Positions 18,239-29,112 of a stretch of 64,000 bases of DNA are shown in pieces; the first letter of the stretch is position 1, and each line of letters begins with the position of its first letter. The position numbers were made by a program, and so were the translations under genes. A model generated the notes under the pieces. That model was not told the DNA's origin and searched no databases. It saw only the letters and a program-made list of their open reading frames with translations. The DNA lies in IMG/VR virus record IMGVR_UViG_3300020474_000001, positions 124,001 through 188,000 of that record, one strand, 5' to 3'.

Positions 18239-19705
18239 TCACATAAGGTTCTTAACCATTACACGTCTGTAGTAACGGTTGGAGTTCATTGTCAGTCTTC
18301 CAAGACCTTGTGCGCCGTTAGCGGTATCTGGACCTTCAGCGAATGGGTTTGCTACCAGACCGTAACGGGTCTTGAAGCCAATCTTAGGCTGGAAGGTGTT
18401 CTCTCCAACTGCACGTACCATCTGCAGAGGTACATATGGGCAGTAGAACATGCCAGCGTCATAAGGTGAAGAACCCTTATAACCCATGACATAATACTGA
18501 GAACCATTTGCTCCAGGGTTTGAACCACCTGAATAAGGATCGATATATACGCGATACTTGCCTTGCAGAGTTCCTGCGAAGGTGCTACCGGTATCATCAA
18601 CGTTCAGGTTTGCGTTGAGTGCAGGTGTGTAATCGAGAACACCAGCCATGGTCAGTGCAGAAGCAACGTCTGCTGAGCACATGACGATGTTGCCCTTTCC
18701 GCGACGTGTTCTTTGTGCGATTGCGTTTGCATCACGCTCCATCTGGAACAGAAGACCCTTGAACTTCTCAACAGACCAACGACCGTTGGAGTCAACATCG
18801 AGGTCAAACAGACCAGCAGTTGCAACGTTGTGCTGTGCGCCAGGTTCAGCAACCTTATACAGAGTTCTGATGACTTCACGGTTGATTTCAGAAAGAATCT
18901 CAGTTGACAGAATGTTTGCCAACTCAGCTTCTGCATTCAAACCATGAATCGCCTTCAGATCCTGTGCAAGCTCAAGGCTGTATTCTGCCTTCAGTGCTCT
19001 GGACTTAGCAGTTACAGTGACCTTCTCGATTGAGAATGCCATCTGATTGAAGTGATCACCAGCTGCGCTTCCGAGTGCCTCAGAATCTGCAGTTCCCATG
19101 CCCTGACCAGCGTTATACTGAATTTGCTGTGCTCTTTGTGCAGCAGCATCAGCACCAACTGGGTTCAGAACGTTGGGGTTGGATCCGGACTGTGCAGTTG
19201 TGCCGAATCCAGCATTTGCTCCATCGGAACCTGCAACATATCCACCCTGGGTGATATCAAATCCTGCATCCTGACCAGAGAATGCTGAATCAACTTCATC
19301 GAAGAATGTCTCTCTTCCGGATTGATCTTCATAGCGTGAACGCATTGCGAAGATAAGTCCAGTAGGACCGTTCATAGGCTGAACGCCTGCCAGGTCATAA
19401 GCGACCAGGTTAGGCATTGAACGTCTGATCAGTGAGATCAGAACGGGGTCGAAACCTGCAACAGGACCTGCTGCAGCAGCATCACCAGAGAAACCAGCGG
19501 ATGCTCCGCTGTTGGTGTGCATGTTTGGTGTTTCTGTGAGCATTGAAGTGCCGCCTTCAAATGCAGCTTGCTCACGGAGGAATTTTTCTTGGTTTTCGAG
19601 CAGGACGGCAGTAACTGCCTTACGGTGGGAATCCTGGATAGGATCAAGACCCTCATGATTGAGGAGAGGTGCCCACTTTTCCTGCAGATGCTCTGAATGG
19701 AACAT
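18239..19705 (-). CDS. g23: Major capsid protein gp23
   Basis: VAGFDPVLISLIRR, GVQPMNGPTGLIFAMR, KSRALKAEYSLELAQDLKAIHGL, FQPKIGFKTRYG. Confidence 0.99.
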   Translation of the reverse strand: MFHSEHLQEKWAPLLNHEGLDPIQDSHRKAVTAVLLENQEKFLREQAAFEGGTSMLTETPNMHTNSGASAGFSGDAAAAGPVAGFDPVLISLIRRSMPNLVAYDLAGVQPMNGPTGLIFAMRSRYEDQSGRETFFDEVDSAFSGQDAGFDITQGGYVAGSDGANAGFGTTAQSGSNPNVLNPVGADAAAQRAQQIQYNAGQGMGTADSEALGSAAGDHFNQMAFSIEKVTVTAKSRALKAEYSLELAQDLKAIHGLNAEAELANILSTEILSEINREVIRTLYKVAEPGAQHNVATAGLFDLDVDSNGRWSVEKFKGLLFQMERDANAIAQRTRRGKGNIVMCSADVASALTMAGVLDYTPALNANLNVDDTGSTFAGTLQGKYRVYIDPYSGGSNPGANGSQYYVMGYKGSSPYDAGMFYCPYVPLQMVRAVGENTFQPKIGFKTRYGLVANPFAEGPDTANGAQGLGRLTMNSNRYYRRVMVKNLM

Positions 19706-19754
19706 TTGCGTTTACCTTTGTGTGACGTTTACGGTTTGATTTAATAAATCAGTT

Positions 19755-20954
19755 TCAGTTTCTTACTGTACTTCCCAGTGCTCTGACATATGCATTCATC
19801 GAACCAGTATATTGCTGGTGATCGTTGCTTACACCTTCAGAAAGGGTTTCAGTTGTTGTTGATGCAGACTGTTTCTTAGGGGCAAAATATGCTTCCTTTA
19901 AAGTCTCCAACTTTTCACGATATTGGGTTTCACTTTCAAACTCTACACTTTCGGCAAGTGAGGCGAGCTTCTCTTTCTGTGTCTGTGCAAGACCTTCAGA
20001 GACTTGATCTACTATTCCATCAGCAACAGACTCGGAGAGACGTTGGTTGAGGGAAACATTTTTCTCAATCTGCTCGTTGAGTTTATTCTCCATTTCATCA
20101 AGTTTATTTACCATGCTATTGAGAACATCATATTTATCTTCAGGGATTTCTACATAATGTGCTTCAAAAAGATCCTTCATGCCTGAGAGGAAACTCTCAG
20201 TCATGTCAATCTTCAGACCTTTTTCGATGCTGATCATGTTCTCAGTGAACCACTCATCAGCAACATACTCAAGGTAAGAATCCACTCTTTCAGTGAGTGA
20301 ACTCTTCATAACTGCAACTTCTTCTTCAAATGCTGCCTCATACTTCTGAGTCAGCTTCTCGTTCAATTGATCGATCTTAGAATTGATTGCAGCTTCAAAA
20401 ATTGTTTTTGCTTTATCTTGGAATTCTTCTGAGAGTTCCTCACCTTCAAACAATGCATTGACATCTTCTTCAATGCTGTATTCAACAGTGATTTCTTCTT
20501 CAGAAACTTCTTCGCCTTCTTCTTCAGTTTCTTCGTAAGTAGCTTTCTTCTTCTTTGGCTTGCTACCGCATGATCCTTCTTCAAGTTCATCTTCGGCAAC
20601 TACTTCGCCTTCGACCTGAGTCTCTTCAGATTCCACTTCAGATTCTTCAGATTCTACTTCTTCTGGAAGAGCGTTTTTCTTATCCAAGGTTGGCATTGGG
20701 TCAGCAGCCTTTGCTCCCTTTGTGATAATATCTTTGACTTGCTTAAGGGTTGCTGAAGCATCTTTGAACTTTGCAGAGTCATCGTCTGGCTTATAGTTCT
20801 CAGGTGTTGGACCACCAAGATCTTCAATAGCCCCCAGTTGTGTTCCGGGATCTGCCATTTTTGGCATTGGTTCAGCAGGTTTTGCACCAGCATTTACAGC
20901 AGTCTTGGACTGCTTTGTGCTTACTTCCATTTCTTGTAAATCTCCACTGGACAT
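19755..20954 (-). CDS. g22: Prohead core scaffold protein gp22
   Basis: EDLGGPTPEN, FQDKAKTIFEAA, VDSYLEYVADEW; between g21 and g23. Confidence 0.93.
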   Translation of the reverse strand: MSSGDLQEMEVSTKQSKTAVNAGAKPAEPMPKMADPGTQLGAIEDLGGPTPENYKPDDDSAKFKDASATLKQVKDIITKGAKAADPMPTLDKKNALPEEVESEESEVESEETQVEGEVVAEDELEEGSCGSKPKKKKATYEETEEEGEEVSEEEITVEYSIEEDVNALFEGEELSEEFQDKAKTIFEAAINSKIDQLNEKLTQKYEAAFEEEVAVMKSSLTERVDSYLEYVADEWFTENMISIEKGLKIDMTESFLSGMKDLFEAHYVEIPEDKYDVLNSMVNKLDEMENKLNEQIEKNVSLNQRLSESVADGIVDQVSEGLAQTQKEKLASLAESVEFESETQYREKLETLKEAYFAPKKQSASTTTETLSEGVSNDHQQYTGSMNAYVRALGSTVRN

Positions 20955-21003
20955 GTTTATTCTCCCAATTTAACCTTTGGATAATCTATATTTATTTAGT
21001 AAT

Positions 21004-21654
21004 TTAAAGTTTTGATATAAAATCTTCAAAGAGACCTAACTTATATTCGTCAAGCAATCTTTGATCAACTAATGTATTTATTTTCTTTTTAGTATTCTGT
21101 GCCAATTGTTCACGAAGAATACCACCATCCCAAACCCACTCTCTTCCTTCCATAATTCCATTAACAAATGCATCTGGAGCAGATGGGTCTGCAACAATAT
21201 CAGCAGCAGTTGCTAACTGAAAATCTTCACCAACCTCTTTATATCCATCTTTTGTCTCTCTTAATGAACCAATACCACGAGAAGAGACGCCAAGAGTTAC
21301 ACCCTCTTTTAACAGAGATTCTGCAATTTTACCCATAGGTGTTGAAAGAATTTGTGCCTTTCCAATAAAATTGTTACCCTCTCTATGAAGACCTACAATT
21401 TTATGAGAAACTCTATCAAGATTGATTGTTGGTCCATCTGGATGACCAAGCTCACCTAGAGCACGACCTTTATTAATGTAAGATTCTGTGTAACGTCCTA
21501 CCTCAGGTTCCATTACATTCATTCTATACATTCTTCCATTTCTATTCTTCATTTCTGTTTGAAGAAATGGTCCTTGAATAAAGAGTGTTTTTTTGCCATT
21601 TACATTTTCAGTAATGACTTCTATGTTCTCTATCTCTTCTCTAATTAGTTTCAT
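21004..21654 (-). CDS. g21: Prohead protease gp21
   Basis: NRNGRMY, ALGELGHP, GVSSRGIGS, DIVADPSAPDAFV. Confidence 0.97.
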   Translation of the reverse strand: MKLIREEIENIEVITENVNGKKTLFIQGPFLQTEMKNRNGRMYRMNVMEPEVGRYTESYINKGRALGELGHPDGPTINLDRVSHKIVGLHREGNNFIGKAQILSTPMGKIAESLLKEGVTLGVSSRGIGSLRETKDGYKEVGEDFQLATAADIVADPSAPDAFVNGIMEGREWVWDGGILREQLAQNTKKKINTLVDQRLLDEYKLGLFEDFISKL

Positions 21655-21658
21655 TTTT

Positions 21659-21919
21659 TTAGTTTGTAAATCCTACTTTTGCTCCTTTCAATGATGCACT
21701 GCACCAAATGGAGTATGTTGGTTTCTTTTCAATAAATTCAACTGAATTTGCCATTATGGTAATAGATACAGATTCTGCATCATCATTAATCATGGTCAAA
21801 GTTTCTGAAGAAGATGTAGAATTTACTACTCTAACTACAGTTGCAGAATCAAAAGTGCTTGCAGAATTACTTGCTGTTGGGACTGTTATTTCGTCCCCAA
21901 TCATCAATGTTCTATTCAT
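21659..21919 (-). CDS. Hypothetical protein
   Basis: Start MNRTLMIGDE at 21919 overlaps the upstream small ORF stop. Confidence 0.7.
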   Translation of the reverse strand: MNRTLMIGDEITVPTASNSASTFDSATVVRVVNSTSSSETLTMINDDAESVSITIMANSVEFIEKKPTYSIWCSASLKGAKVGFTN

Positions 21920-22085
21920 CTCCAGTTTCCTCCTGTTCTGCTCCCACTTCAAAAGTAGTTTTTGCTACCATTGGTTGAAATGCATCAACCCTTTGAGTTG
22001 CTTTTTGGAATAAAAGCTCTTTAATAGAATCGCTCACTTGGGAGGGTGACTCATCCCGTGAAATCATATCTAATAGCTCATCCAT
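21912..22085 (-). CDS. 57-aa small prohead-core-region protein (not in ORF track)
   Basis: Manual translation MDELLDMISRDESPSQVSDSIKELLFQKATQRVDAFQPMVAKTTFEVGAEQEETGDE; follows a late promoter. Confidence 0.7.
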   Translation of the reverse strand: MDELLDMISRDESPSQVSDSIKELLFQKATQRVDAFQPMVAKTTFEVGAEQEETGDE

Positions 22086-22115
22086 AGTTATAAAATATTA
22101 AAGTTTACTAACAGT

Positions 22116-22123
22116 TATTTATA
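22116..22123 (-). promoter_or_regulatory. T4-type late promoter TATAAATA (overlaps g20 stop)
   Basis: Perfect match; NATAAATA also seen in intergenic gaps near 1008, 16938, 18169, 20992, 26638, 29824, 31271, 33568, 42790, 43527, 57851. Confidence 0.8.
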
Positions 22124-23825
22124 TCTCACCGCCCTTGGGCATTTCTGGTGCTTTTGTTGCTCTTGCTTGTTGTTCTAAATCTGGTTCTGCCGGGACTTCA
22201 CCCAACTGCCCACCATCTCCGGCAGCTGCTGGATCTGCTGACATCGATGCATCTAAAGGCATTCCAGTTTCTGGATCTACTGGTTGATTTGGATCAGGAA
22301 TAACACCATCTCTAATTTCTTTCTCGATAATCTTATCCTGCTCATAAATTTCCTCATCAGTCTGACGAAGAATCTTTCTACGCACATAATCCTGAGAAAA
22401 ATATTTCCCAACATATGGTTGAGCAGTTTCAAGAAGACCAAACCTATCTTGCATTAGTTCAGATTCTTTCAGTTCTGAGAAGTGATTATCATATAAGAAG
22501 TCAAATTGAATATGCTCCTTCATTCTTTCCCAGTCTTCTGGAGTAACTACATTTTTAAGAATTAACTGAGTTCTCAAAATGTCATGAAACATATTAGAGA
22601 ATCTCTTTCTTAGACGACCAACAAATTTTGTAAATTTTAACTCATCCCTAAGGATTTCAGATGATCTACCCAAATTAAATCCACCTTCTCCGTCCATACG
22701 CGACGGCGGAACATTAAGGGACCTGTAAAGTTTTTTCTTAAAGTACTCAATATCTGTGATTTCTCCGAGGTTTTGACCTCCAGGCAGAGTAGTAATTTCA
22801 GTTCCACGTCCTCCCTCTCTTCTAGGAAGCCAGAAGTCCTCAAGCATAGACATGAACTTTTTATCATCTCTGATCTCTCCTGTTGATGCATCATATACTA
22901 ATTTATTACGATATCTCATCATAACGTCGCGCAGATATTGTTCTGCTTTTACTTTAGGAAGATTGCCTACATCAATGTAAAAAATACGACGCTCTGGTGC
23001 TCTTGATAATCTGTAAATTACAAGACTATCTTCAATCATTCGAAGTTGATTGAGTGCCTTGATTGACTTATGAATATAAGATAATGTAGTTCCTTTATTT
23101 CTATCTACAAGACCTGATGTGCAATATGCAATAGAATCCTTTGCAATCCGTATGCCACGGGTTGTATTTGTTTGCATCGGATTTCCAGTTCCAGTTGTCT
23201 TTGGATTGTAGATGAAATATTCTTCAATCTCTGGAAAATTATATGCCATTGGATCTTCATCCATTAGCATATTTTTAGTTACTAATTGATCATACTTATC
23301 TTTTTCTTTCTTCTTTTGCTGCCTGACATATCGCATTTTCATTGGATCGATATATCTAAGCTCTTGAATTCCTTCTTCTGGTTTCTTTAAATCGATGATT
23401 TTATGATAATAAAGTCTTCCATCGACGTACCAGTTTCTATAAATTTCATGAGATTTTTTTTGAAAATCAAGCATATCTAAAATGTGCTTGAACTCTTCTC
23501 TAATTGTCTTTTTTATGCCATCACTTACATTTAAATTTGATAGTTCAATTTCAATTGGACTATTATTTTGGTCAGATACAATAGCTTCATTTACAATGTC
23601 TTCAATTGCAGTATCTACTTCTGGATGAAGAGACATCTCACGATATCTCTTAATTAGATCAAATTCGGTTTTATATACACCCTCAATATCAACATAAGAT
23701 CCAAAAAATCCACTGCTCATATAGTGGTCAACCCCGTCCTCATTATTTGGAGGAACGGGGGAAACCGCTGACTTACTCAGCTTGTCTTCATTATTATCAA
23801 TTGAAAAACCAAAAAGCCTTGCCAT
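22119..23825 (-). CDS. g20: Portal protein gp20
   Basis: WYVDGRLYYHKI, QLRMIEDSLVIYR, RRIFYIDVGNLPK, EDFWLPRREGGRGTEI. Confidence 0.99.
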   Translation of the reverse strand: MARLFGFSIDNNEDKLSKSAVSPVPPNNEDGVDHYMSSGFFGSYVDIEGVYKTEFDLIKRYREMSLHPEVDTAIEDIVNEAIVSDQNNSPIEIELSNLNVSDGIKKTIREEFKHILDMLDFQKKSHEIYRNWYVDGRLYYHKIIDLKKPEEGIQELRYIDPMKMRYVRQQKKKEKDKYDQLVTKNMLMDEDPMAYNFPEIEEYFIYNPKTTGTGNPMQTNTTRGIRIAKDSIAYCTSGLVDRNKGTTLSYIHKSIKALNQLRMIEDSLVIYRLSRAPERRIFYIDVGNLPKVKAEQYLRDVMMRYRNKLVYDASTGEIRDDKKFMSMLEDFWLPRREGGRGTEITTLPGGQNLGEITDIEYFKKKLYRSLNVPPSRMDGEGGFNLGRSSEILRDELKFTKFVGRLRKRFSNMFHDILRTQLILKNVVTPEDWERMKEHIQFDFLYDNHFSELKESELMQDRFGLLETAQPYVGKYFSQDYVRRKILRQTDEEIYEQDKIIEKEIRDGVIPDPNQPVDPETGMPLDASMSADPAAAGDGGQLGEVPAEPDLEQQARATKAPEMPKGGEI

Positions 23826-23848
23826 TATTTAAATAATTTGTTTTCTAC

Positions 23849-23856
23849 TATTTATA
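23849..23856 (-). promoter_or_regulatory. Late promoter TATAAATA upstream of g20
   Basis: Perfect consensus in the g19-g20 gap. Confidence 0.8.
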
Positions 23857-23866
23857 GTATCAAAAA

Positions 23867-24442
23867 TCAGGTAGATTCAGCTTTTGTAACATCCTCTGGA
23901 GTCCAGTAGTTGACTTGCATCTCTACCTGGAATTCTTCGATCGCATTTGTGCTTTCATAATTTAACTGAATTGCACCCAGACTAATTGGGAATATATCAT
24001 GGAAAGTATATGTTGCAAGAACTTTAAGACCTGATCCCTCTGCTGCAGTTTCTGTAGTTTCTTTTCTTCCAAGTTGCTTCACTTTTGCAGTTTCCATATA
24101 ACTTCCTGGTTTTGATAGACCAGAAGCATCTGCATATTGTGCAATTCTCTGCATCCATCCTTCAAAATATTTTCTAATTTTATAATCCTCATCATTAATG
24201 ACTGTTATAGTCCAAGTCTCAAATGTTCTGTCACCAGCAACTTTGAGAATTCTGCCTCTAAATGGAACATCGATAGATGCTACTGTAGATGCAGGGATTT
24301 GAGCAGCTTTGCACAAATATTGAAAATCTGCTTTGGTTTCCGCATCATCAATTGAAGTCATTTCTACTTGGAATAGATTGGGGCGAGCTCCCCCACCCTT
24401 TAATCTCGACTTAAAATCTACGATAGAATGTTTTGATGCCAT
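23867..24442 (-). CDS. g19: Tail tube protein gp19
   Basis: GGGARPNLFQV, FRGRILKVAGDRTFETWTITV, IEEFQVEMQVNYW. Confidence 0.96.
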   Translation of the reverse strand: MASKHSIVDFKSRLKGGGARPNLFQVEMTSIDDAETKADFQYLCKAAQIPASTVASIDVPFRGRILKVAGDRTFETWTITVINDEDYKIRKYFEGWMQRIAQYADASGLSKPGSYMETAKVKQLGRKETTETAAEGSGLKVLATYTFHDIFPISLGAIQLNYESTNAIEEFQVEMQVNYWTPEDVTKAEST

Positions 24443-24477
24443 GGTTCTTTTCTCCTTTGTTAGTTTTTAATTTATGA

Positions 24478-26604
24478 TCAAGCTCTACCAGTCACTTCTT
24501 CAAAACTTACACCAGTTCGTGTAGCAACAAAGGTTAGAGTTATATAATTGATTGATTTAAGTGGTTTCAGGAAAATGTCAGCTCTAAACTCATTATTATC
24601 AATTACATCTGGAGTATTGTTTGTAGAGTCACAAACAACTACGAAATCAGATAATCCTCTATTTGATTGAACATCACGAAGATATGGTTCAACAATATTC
24701 AAGAATGAAGATCTTGTGAGTTCATCATTGAGTTCAAATAATTGAGCTTGTGCTGCACTTTCAAGTGCTTGCTCGATCGTTAAGAATAAACGGCGAACAT
24801 TGATTCTGTCAAAGGCAGAGGGGTAAGAAAGGGCAGTCTTATCTCCAAATAAGAATGTTCCTTTTCCAGATTGTGTTACAAAAGAATTAATTCTCTGTGG
24901 ATAAAGTCTATCTCTCTGTGACTTAGATGGATTATATGCAAGTTTGATTGCATTGTTGAGAACACCTCTATTTTCTCCAGCAGGAGAGAACCATGGGAAC
25001 GACTCTAAATTTGTGCGAGCCATAATACCAGCTACATCGGCATTACATGCAATATAACGGAATTTATTATTAAATCTATCATAGGTGTACTTATATCCAC
25101 TATCAAATACTGCATAAGATGATGATGCAATAGATCCAAAATATGAGATTAGATTATCGGTTTGTACCTCTGGGTTTGATTGACCAACCAAATCGGAGTA
25201 GTGTGGTCCAACAACTGCCATACAATCTTTTCTTTGCTCAGCAATTGAAATTATATAATTTGCTTTTGCCTGAGATTCAAATCTATCAATAAGACCTGGT
25301 CCCATGATGACAAAGTCTAGTGAGATTGCTTCATCGAGGAAAAGACTATATGAATTCATCAAATCTGATAGTGTGGCATCCATACCACCATCTGATGAAT
25401 AATCTTCTCCACCACTAAATGTGAATGTCAAATTACCTGCAGATTTAAATACACTACCTTGTGCATTTTCTCCCCATTCTGCAGAAGTTGGAGTATATCC
25501 AGTAGAAAATGATGTGGCAACTTTATTGATACTCTTGCCACCACAGTAGATATTTTCTGAAAAATCAGCTAAGTATGTTTTAAAGTAATTTTTCTGAGGA
25601 GCATTTGAAGAAGAAGTAGAATCCTTTGCTTTAGAAAGACCGAGGTGCTTCTCCAAAATAGACCCACGAACACCAGTTACAGTTCCCAAATCATCAACAA
25701 CTACGACGTGCATACTATCGCTCTTTCCTTGTCTGGAAAGAACATAGTTGTTTGATGTTGGTTTTGGTGCTATTGATTTCCAGTATATTGTATTGTTAGT
25801 CAAACTTAAAGTTTGATTATCATACCAGTCAGAGACAGATTCTACACTTGAAGAACCTGCAGTTGATCCAGAATTATCTACAAATGTTACATTTGCACTG
25901 GAGGAGAATGCTGCATAGTTGCTCATTGGAATATAATCCATGGCAGTTTCTTCTCCAGAGCTGGATACTCTAGATACAACTTTTACTGTGATCGTAGAAT
26001 CAGATGATGCAGAATCATTCACCGAGGTAATAATACCTTTGATGTGACCACTAAATGGTGTTGTTGATCCTGAACCAGGAATAACTGCATTGCTTATTGG
26101 TGCAGTAACTCCATATCCAACAGCAGCTCCAGCAGATCCAAGATCATCTGTATTGATTCCAATGATTTGATCTGCAAAATCATCAACAACACAGACCTTC
26201 ATTCCATTTGCCCAGGTTCCTGGATTTTTTGCAATGAAACTGTAATCACTAGCATCTGTGTGATACAACTGATAATCATCATAGTTTTTAATAGTCGATG
26301 ACACACCAGCATCATTTGCATTCTTAAGGTTGCTTCCTGATGTTCTAATAATCGACATATTTCCCCCGTAAGAGAGATATGTTGATGCACTCATCCAATA
26401 TTCAAATTGACTATCATTTTCACTTGGTTTTCCAAAAACTGAAATCAGATCTTTCTCACTTGAAATATTGATAGGTTCGTCTACTGGTCCAATTGAAAAT
26501 GGTCCAGCAAATGCTCCTGTGATATCAACTACATTATCAACTCTACCAACCGTTAGATCAATTTCTCTTGAAACTAATCCTGGAGATAATTGTGGAGTTG
26601 CCAT
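24478..26604 (-). CDS. g18: Tail sheath protein gp18
   Basis: QLSPGLVSREID, PWFSPAG, FGDKT, FDRINVRRLF, FELND. Confidence 0.97.
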   Translation of the reverse strand: MATPQLSPGLVSREIDLTVGRVDNVVDITGAFAGPFSIGPVDEPINISSEKDLISVFGKPSENDSQFEYWMSASTYLSYGGNMSIIRTSGSNLKNANDAGVSSTIKNYDDYQLYHTDASDYSFIAKNPGTWANGMKVCVVDDFADQIIGINTDDLGSAGAAVGYGVTAPISNAVIPGSGSTTPFSGHIKGIITSVNDSASSDSTITVKVVSRVSSSGEETAMDYIPMSNYAAFSSSANVTFVDNSGSTAGSSSVESVSDWYDNQTLSLTNNTIYWKSIAPKPTSNNYVLSRQGKSDSMHVVVVDDLGTVTGVRGSILEKHLGLSKAKDSTSSSNAPQKNYFKTYLADFSENIYCGGKSINKVATSFSTGYTPTSAEWGENAQGSVFKSAGNLTFTFSGGEDYSSDGGMDATLSDLMNSYSLFLDEAISLDFVIMGPGLIDRFESQAKANYIISIAEQRKDCMAVVGPHYSDLVGQSNPEVQTDNLISYFGSIASSSYAVFDSGYKYTYDRFNNKFRYIACNADVAGIMARTNLESFPWFSPAGENRGVLNNAIKLAYNPSKSQRDRLYPQRINSFVTQSGKGTFLFGDKTALSYPSAFDRINVRRLFLTIEQALESAAQAQLFELNDELTRSSFLNIVEPYLRDVQSNRGLSDFVVVCDSTNNTPDVIDNNEFRADIFLKPLKSINYITLTFVATRTGVSFEEVTGRA

Positions 26605-26681
26605 TTGTTTCTCCGTTAACTATATTAAACTAAAAATTATTTATTAAAAGGACAAGTTTCAACGGGGAAACTAGACGTGAA

Positions 26682-26918
26682 CTACCAATCTGGATAGATA
26701 TCTTCTGAGTATTCTTTACTTGATCTCCTTTTTATAACTCTTTTCTTAGTACATTCCTTACACTCATATGAATACGAAGATGCTGCTGGACCTCTATCTT
26801 TACGTGTTCTATAAAATCCATCTACTAGATCCTTTACCTCACCACACTTCCGACACTTCCTATCGGTGAGTAATAAATGACCTAGTTTAATTTGATTGTC
26901 ATCAAATCCTTCTATCAT
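26682..26918 (-). CDS. Small Cys-rich (zinc-binding) hypothetical protein
   Basis: CRKC...ECKEC. Confidence 0.7.
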   Translation of the reverse strand: MIEGFDDNQIKLGHLLLTDRKCRKCGEVKDLVDGFYRTRKDRGPAASSYSYECKECTKKRVIKRRSSKEYSEDIYPDW

Positions 26919-27136
26919 TTCTCTGCCGCATACAATGCAAATGTAGAGGTAGTTATAACAGTCATCATATTAGCAATATGTTGTTTGTCCGCTTCTGCAC
27001 ATTTATTGGACTTAGCAATAAAGCAACCGAATATGGTTACTCCTACTATTATTAATTGAACAAAAATAACAAAGCGTATTAGATCAATAACTTTTTCTTT
27101 GGTGGTTTTTCTGTTGATCATGACAGATAATCCCAC
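26915..27136 (-). CDS. Small membrane protein
   Basis: Two hydrophobic segments. Confidence 0.6.
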   Translation of the reverse strand: MGLSVMINRKTTKEKVIDLIRFVIFVQLIIVGVTIFGCFIAKSNKCAEADKQHIANMMTVITTSTFALYAAEK

Positions 27137-28767
27137 ATGTAAGCACTATCTCCATATTCATCAACATGCCAGCGATCACCATTTTTATCTACAAAACTTT
27201 CTGTATCTTCTAACCCATCAGACATAAATCCGAAAGGTGCCATATCTTGTTCAATTTGATTTTTCTGTTCCTCATACAATCTCTTCCTTACATCCTGATC
27301 TGTTAGCTCCTTGAAATAATCCTGTGCAACTAACCAAGCGTAAATGACAAGACACATTGCTAGGTCATCATTACATCCATCTTCTGCTTCAAAGGAATTT
27401 TTTTTCGAAATGAAAGTTGTAAGTTCTGAAATAATTTCATAGTCAGAGAAAAGAAGCTTATCTTCTTCTATTAATGTCTTCAAGTTGAGAGACCCAACTT
27501 TTTTTACAGTCTTTGACATCTTTAGTCCAAGTTGAGTTTTCTTTCCAGAAAATCCTTGACCAACTATTTGACCAGCTCTACCTCTCATAGAGCACATAAG
27601 AAGATTTTGATACTCTAAATCATATTGAATAATTGAAGCTACTTGATCTCCAACATCATTAACTTCGCATAAAATATATGCACTATTAAAACTTCTTGCG
27701 ACCTCCCAAATAATATTGGGGAATAGCATTGGTTTTATCTCATTATTTCTATACTTTGCTACTACTTTGTGTGGGAATTCTGTAATATCTACAACTATGA
27801 ACGCTGAATAATCTTCTCCAACTCCACGAGCAACATCAACTGTAATTACATAGTCATGATTCTCTATGGGGTCCTGATATACATCAAGACCGGCATTCAT
27901 AGTCTTTGGATTCTCATATATTAAAGACTTCAGTTTGCTGGGTGCGATTAAAGTATCAACAGATCCTAAGAATTCACACTCAAACTCAACCTTGAACTGA
28001 GATTCAGATGTGTTTGAAATTGTTTGTTTTTTCCACTTATCGTCTCTGCCTGGAACTTCTGACCAGTGAACTTCAGTTGGTACATATTCGCTAACTGATT
28101 TCTCAGCATCATGCCACATTCGGTAGAAATGATTCATACCATGTGGCGTAGAAACAATAATTACTTTGGTGCTTTTACCAGAAGTAATAGTAGGATAAAC
28201 AGATGCAAAGAATTGATCAGCAACGTGATTTGGGACGAACGCGAACTCGTCGAGAAAGAGGATGTTAAACGACATACCTCGCACAGCACTTGCAGACGTA
28301 GAAGCTGCCAATATTTTACTGCCATTTTCTAATTCAATATTACCCTTGTTCCAGTTTATCACACCTTGCTGCATCCACTTTGGAATGTTTTCATATGCAG
28401 TTGCAAGTCTACTTAAAAGTTCTCTAGATGTTGATGCTTTGTTTGCTAGAATACCAATACTTACATTTGCATTAAATAGCATGAAGTGTAGGAGATATGA
28501 TATAACTGTTGTAGATTTGCCAGTTTGTCGTGGCATCTTACAAATATTAAATCTATTCTCATGGAAGTTATTAATTAATTTCTCCTGAAAATCATATGGT
28601 CTAAATTGAGTTAAACCTTCGTCAAGTGAAACAATTTTAATATAATTATTAGCAAAGTAAACTGGATCATTCTGGGACTTTACTATTTCTATAATTTGTT
28701 CTTCTGTAAATTCATGTGTTGTCCCATACTTCTTAAGTAGGGGATTGCCAAGATAAGAATCAGTCAT
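27118..28767 (-). CDS. g17: Terminase large subunit gp17
   Basis: MPRQTGKST, LFLDEFAF, VSTPHG, VDVARGVG, DDLAM. Confidence 0.98.
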   Translation of the reverse strand: MTDSYLGNPLLKKYGTTHEFTEEQIIEIVKSQNDPVYFANNYIKIVSLDEGLTQFRPYDFQEKLINNFHENRFNICKMPRQTGKSTTVISYLLHFMLFNANVSIGILANKASTSRELLSRLATAYENIPKWMQQGVINWNKGNIELENGSKILAASTSASAVRGMSFNILFLDEFAFVPNHVADQFFASVYPTITSGKSTKVIIVSTPHGMNHFYRMWHDAEKSVSEYVPTEVHWSEVPGRDDKWKKQTISNTSESQFKVEFECEFLGSVDTLIAPSKLKSLIYENPKTMNAGLDVYQDPIENHDYVITVDVARGVGEDYSAFIVVDITEFPHKVVAKYRNNEIKPMLFPNIIWEVARSFNSAYILCEVNDVGDQVASIIQYDLEYQNLLMCSMRGRAGQIVGQGFSGKKTQLGLKMSKTVKKVGSLNLKTLIEEDKLLFSDYEIISELTTFISKKNSFEAEDGCNDDLAMCLVIYAWLVAQDYFKELTDQDVRKRLYEEQKNQIEQDMAPFGFMSDGLEDTESFVDKNGDRWHVDEYGDSAYMWDYLS

Positions 28768-28776
28768 AATTTAAAT

Positions 28777-29112
28777 TCACTTCTGTTTATTTTTTCCTGC
28801 ACAGTGTGCTTTTTGAGAAAACCCTTTTGGGTTGTTACAGTCAATAGATTTCTTATATTTTTTGCTCCAAGATTCTGTGGCATAATTGCCTTCTCTTTTT
28901 GCTTGATCTCTGAGTGCTTTAATCAACTTACTATCACCAGGAGCGTCTCCAGGTTTTTTCTTTAAGTTCTCTCTTCTCTGCTTTTCAAATTCATGTCGCT
29001 TTGCAGCAGACATTTGTTTCTTAGGCACCAATTGTCCAGTATGAGCACCAATTTCGGTCTCATCCTTTGCCTCTATCATAAATTCTCTTAATGTTTTCAT
29101 CAGCAATTCCAA
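28777..29112 (-). CDS. Hypothetical basic modular protein
   Basis: C-terminal WSKKYKKSIDCNNPKGFSQKAHCAGK module. Confidence 0.7.
   Translation of the reverse strand: MELLMKTLREFMIEAKDETEIGAHTGQLVPKKQMSAAKRHEFEKQRRENLKKKPGDAPGDSKLIKALRDQAKREGNYATESWSKKYKKSIDCNNPKGFSQKAHCAGKNKQK

Noticed and set aside
15429-28767. Introns, inteins or homing endonucleases in uvsW, g23, g20, g17
   Set aside because: ORFs are continuous and of normal length, with no intein (C...HN) or GIY-YIG/HNH motifs seen.
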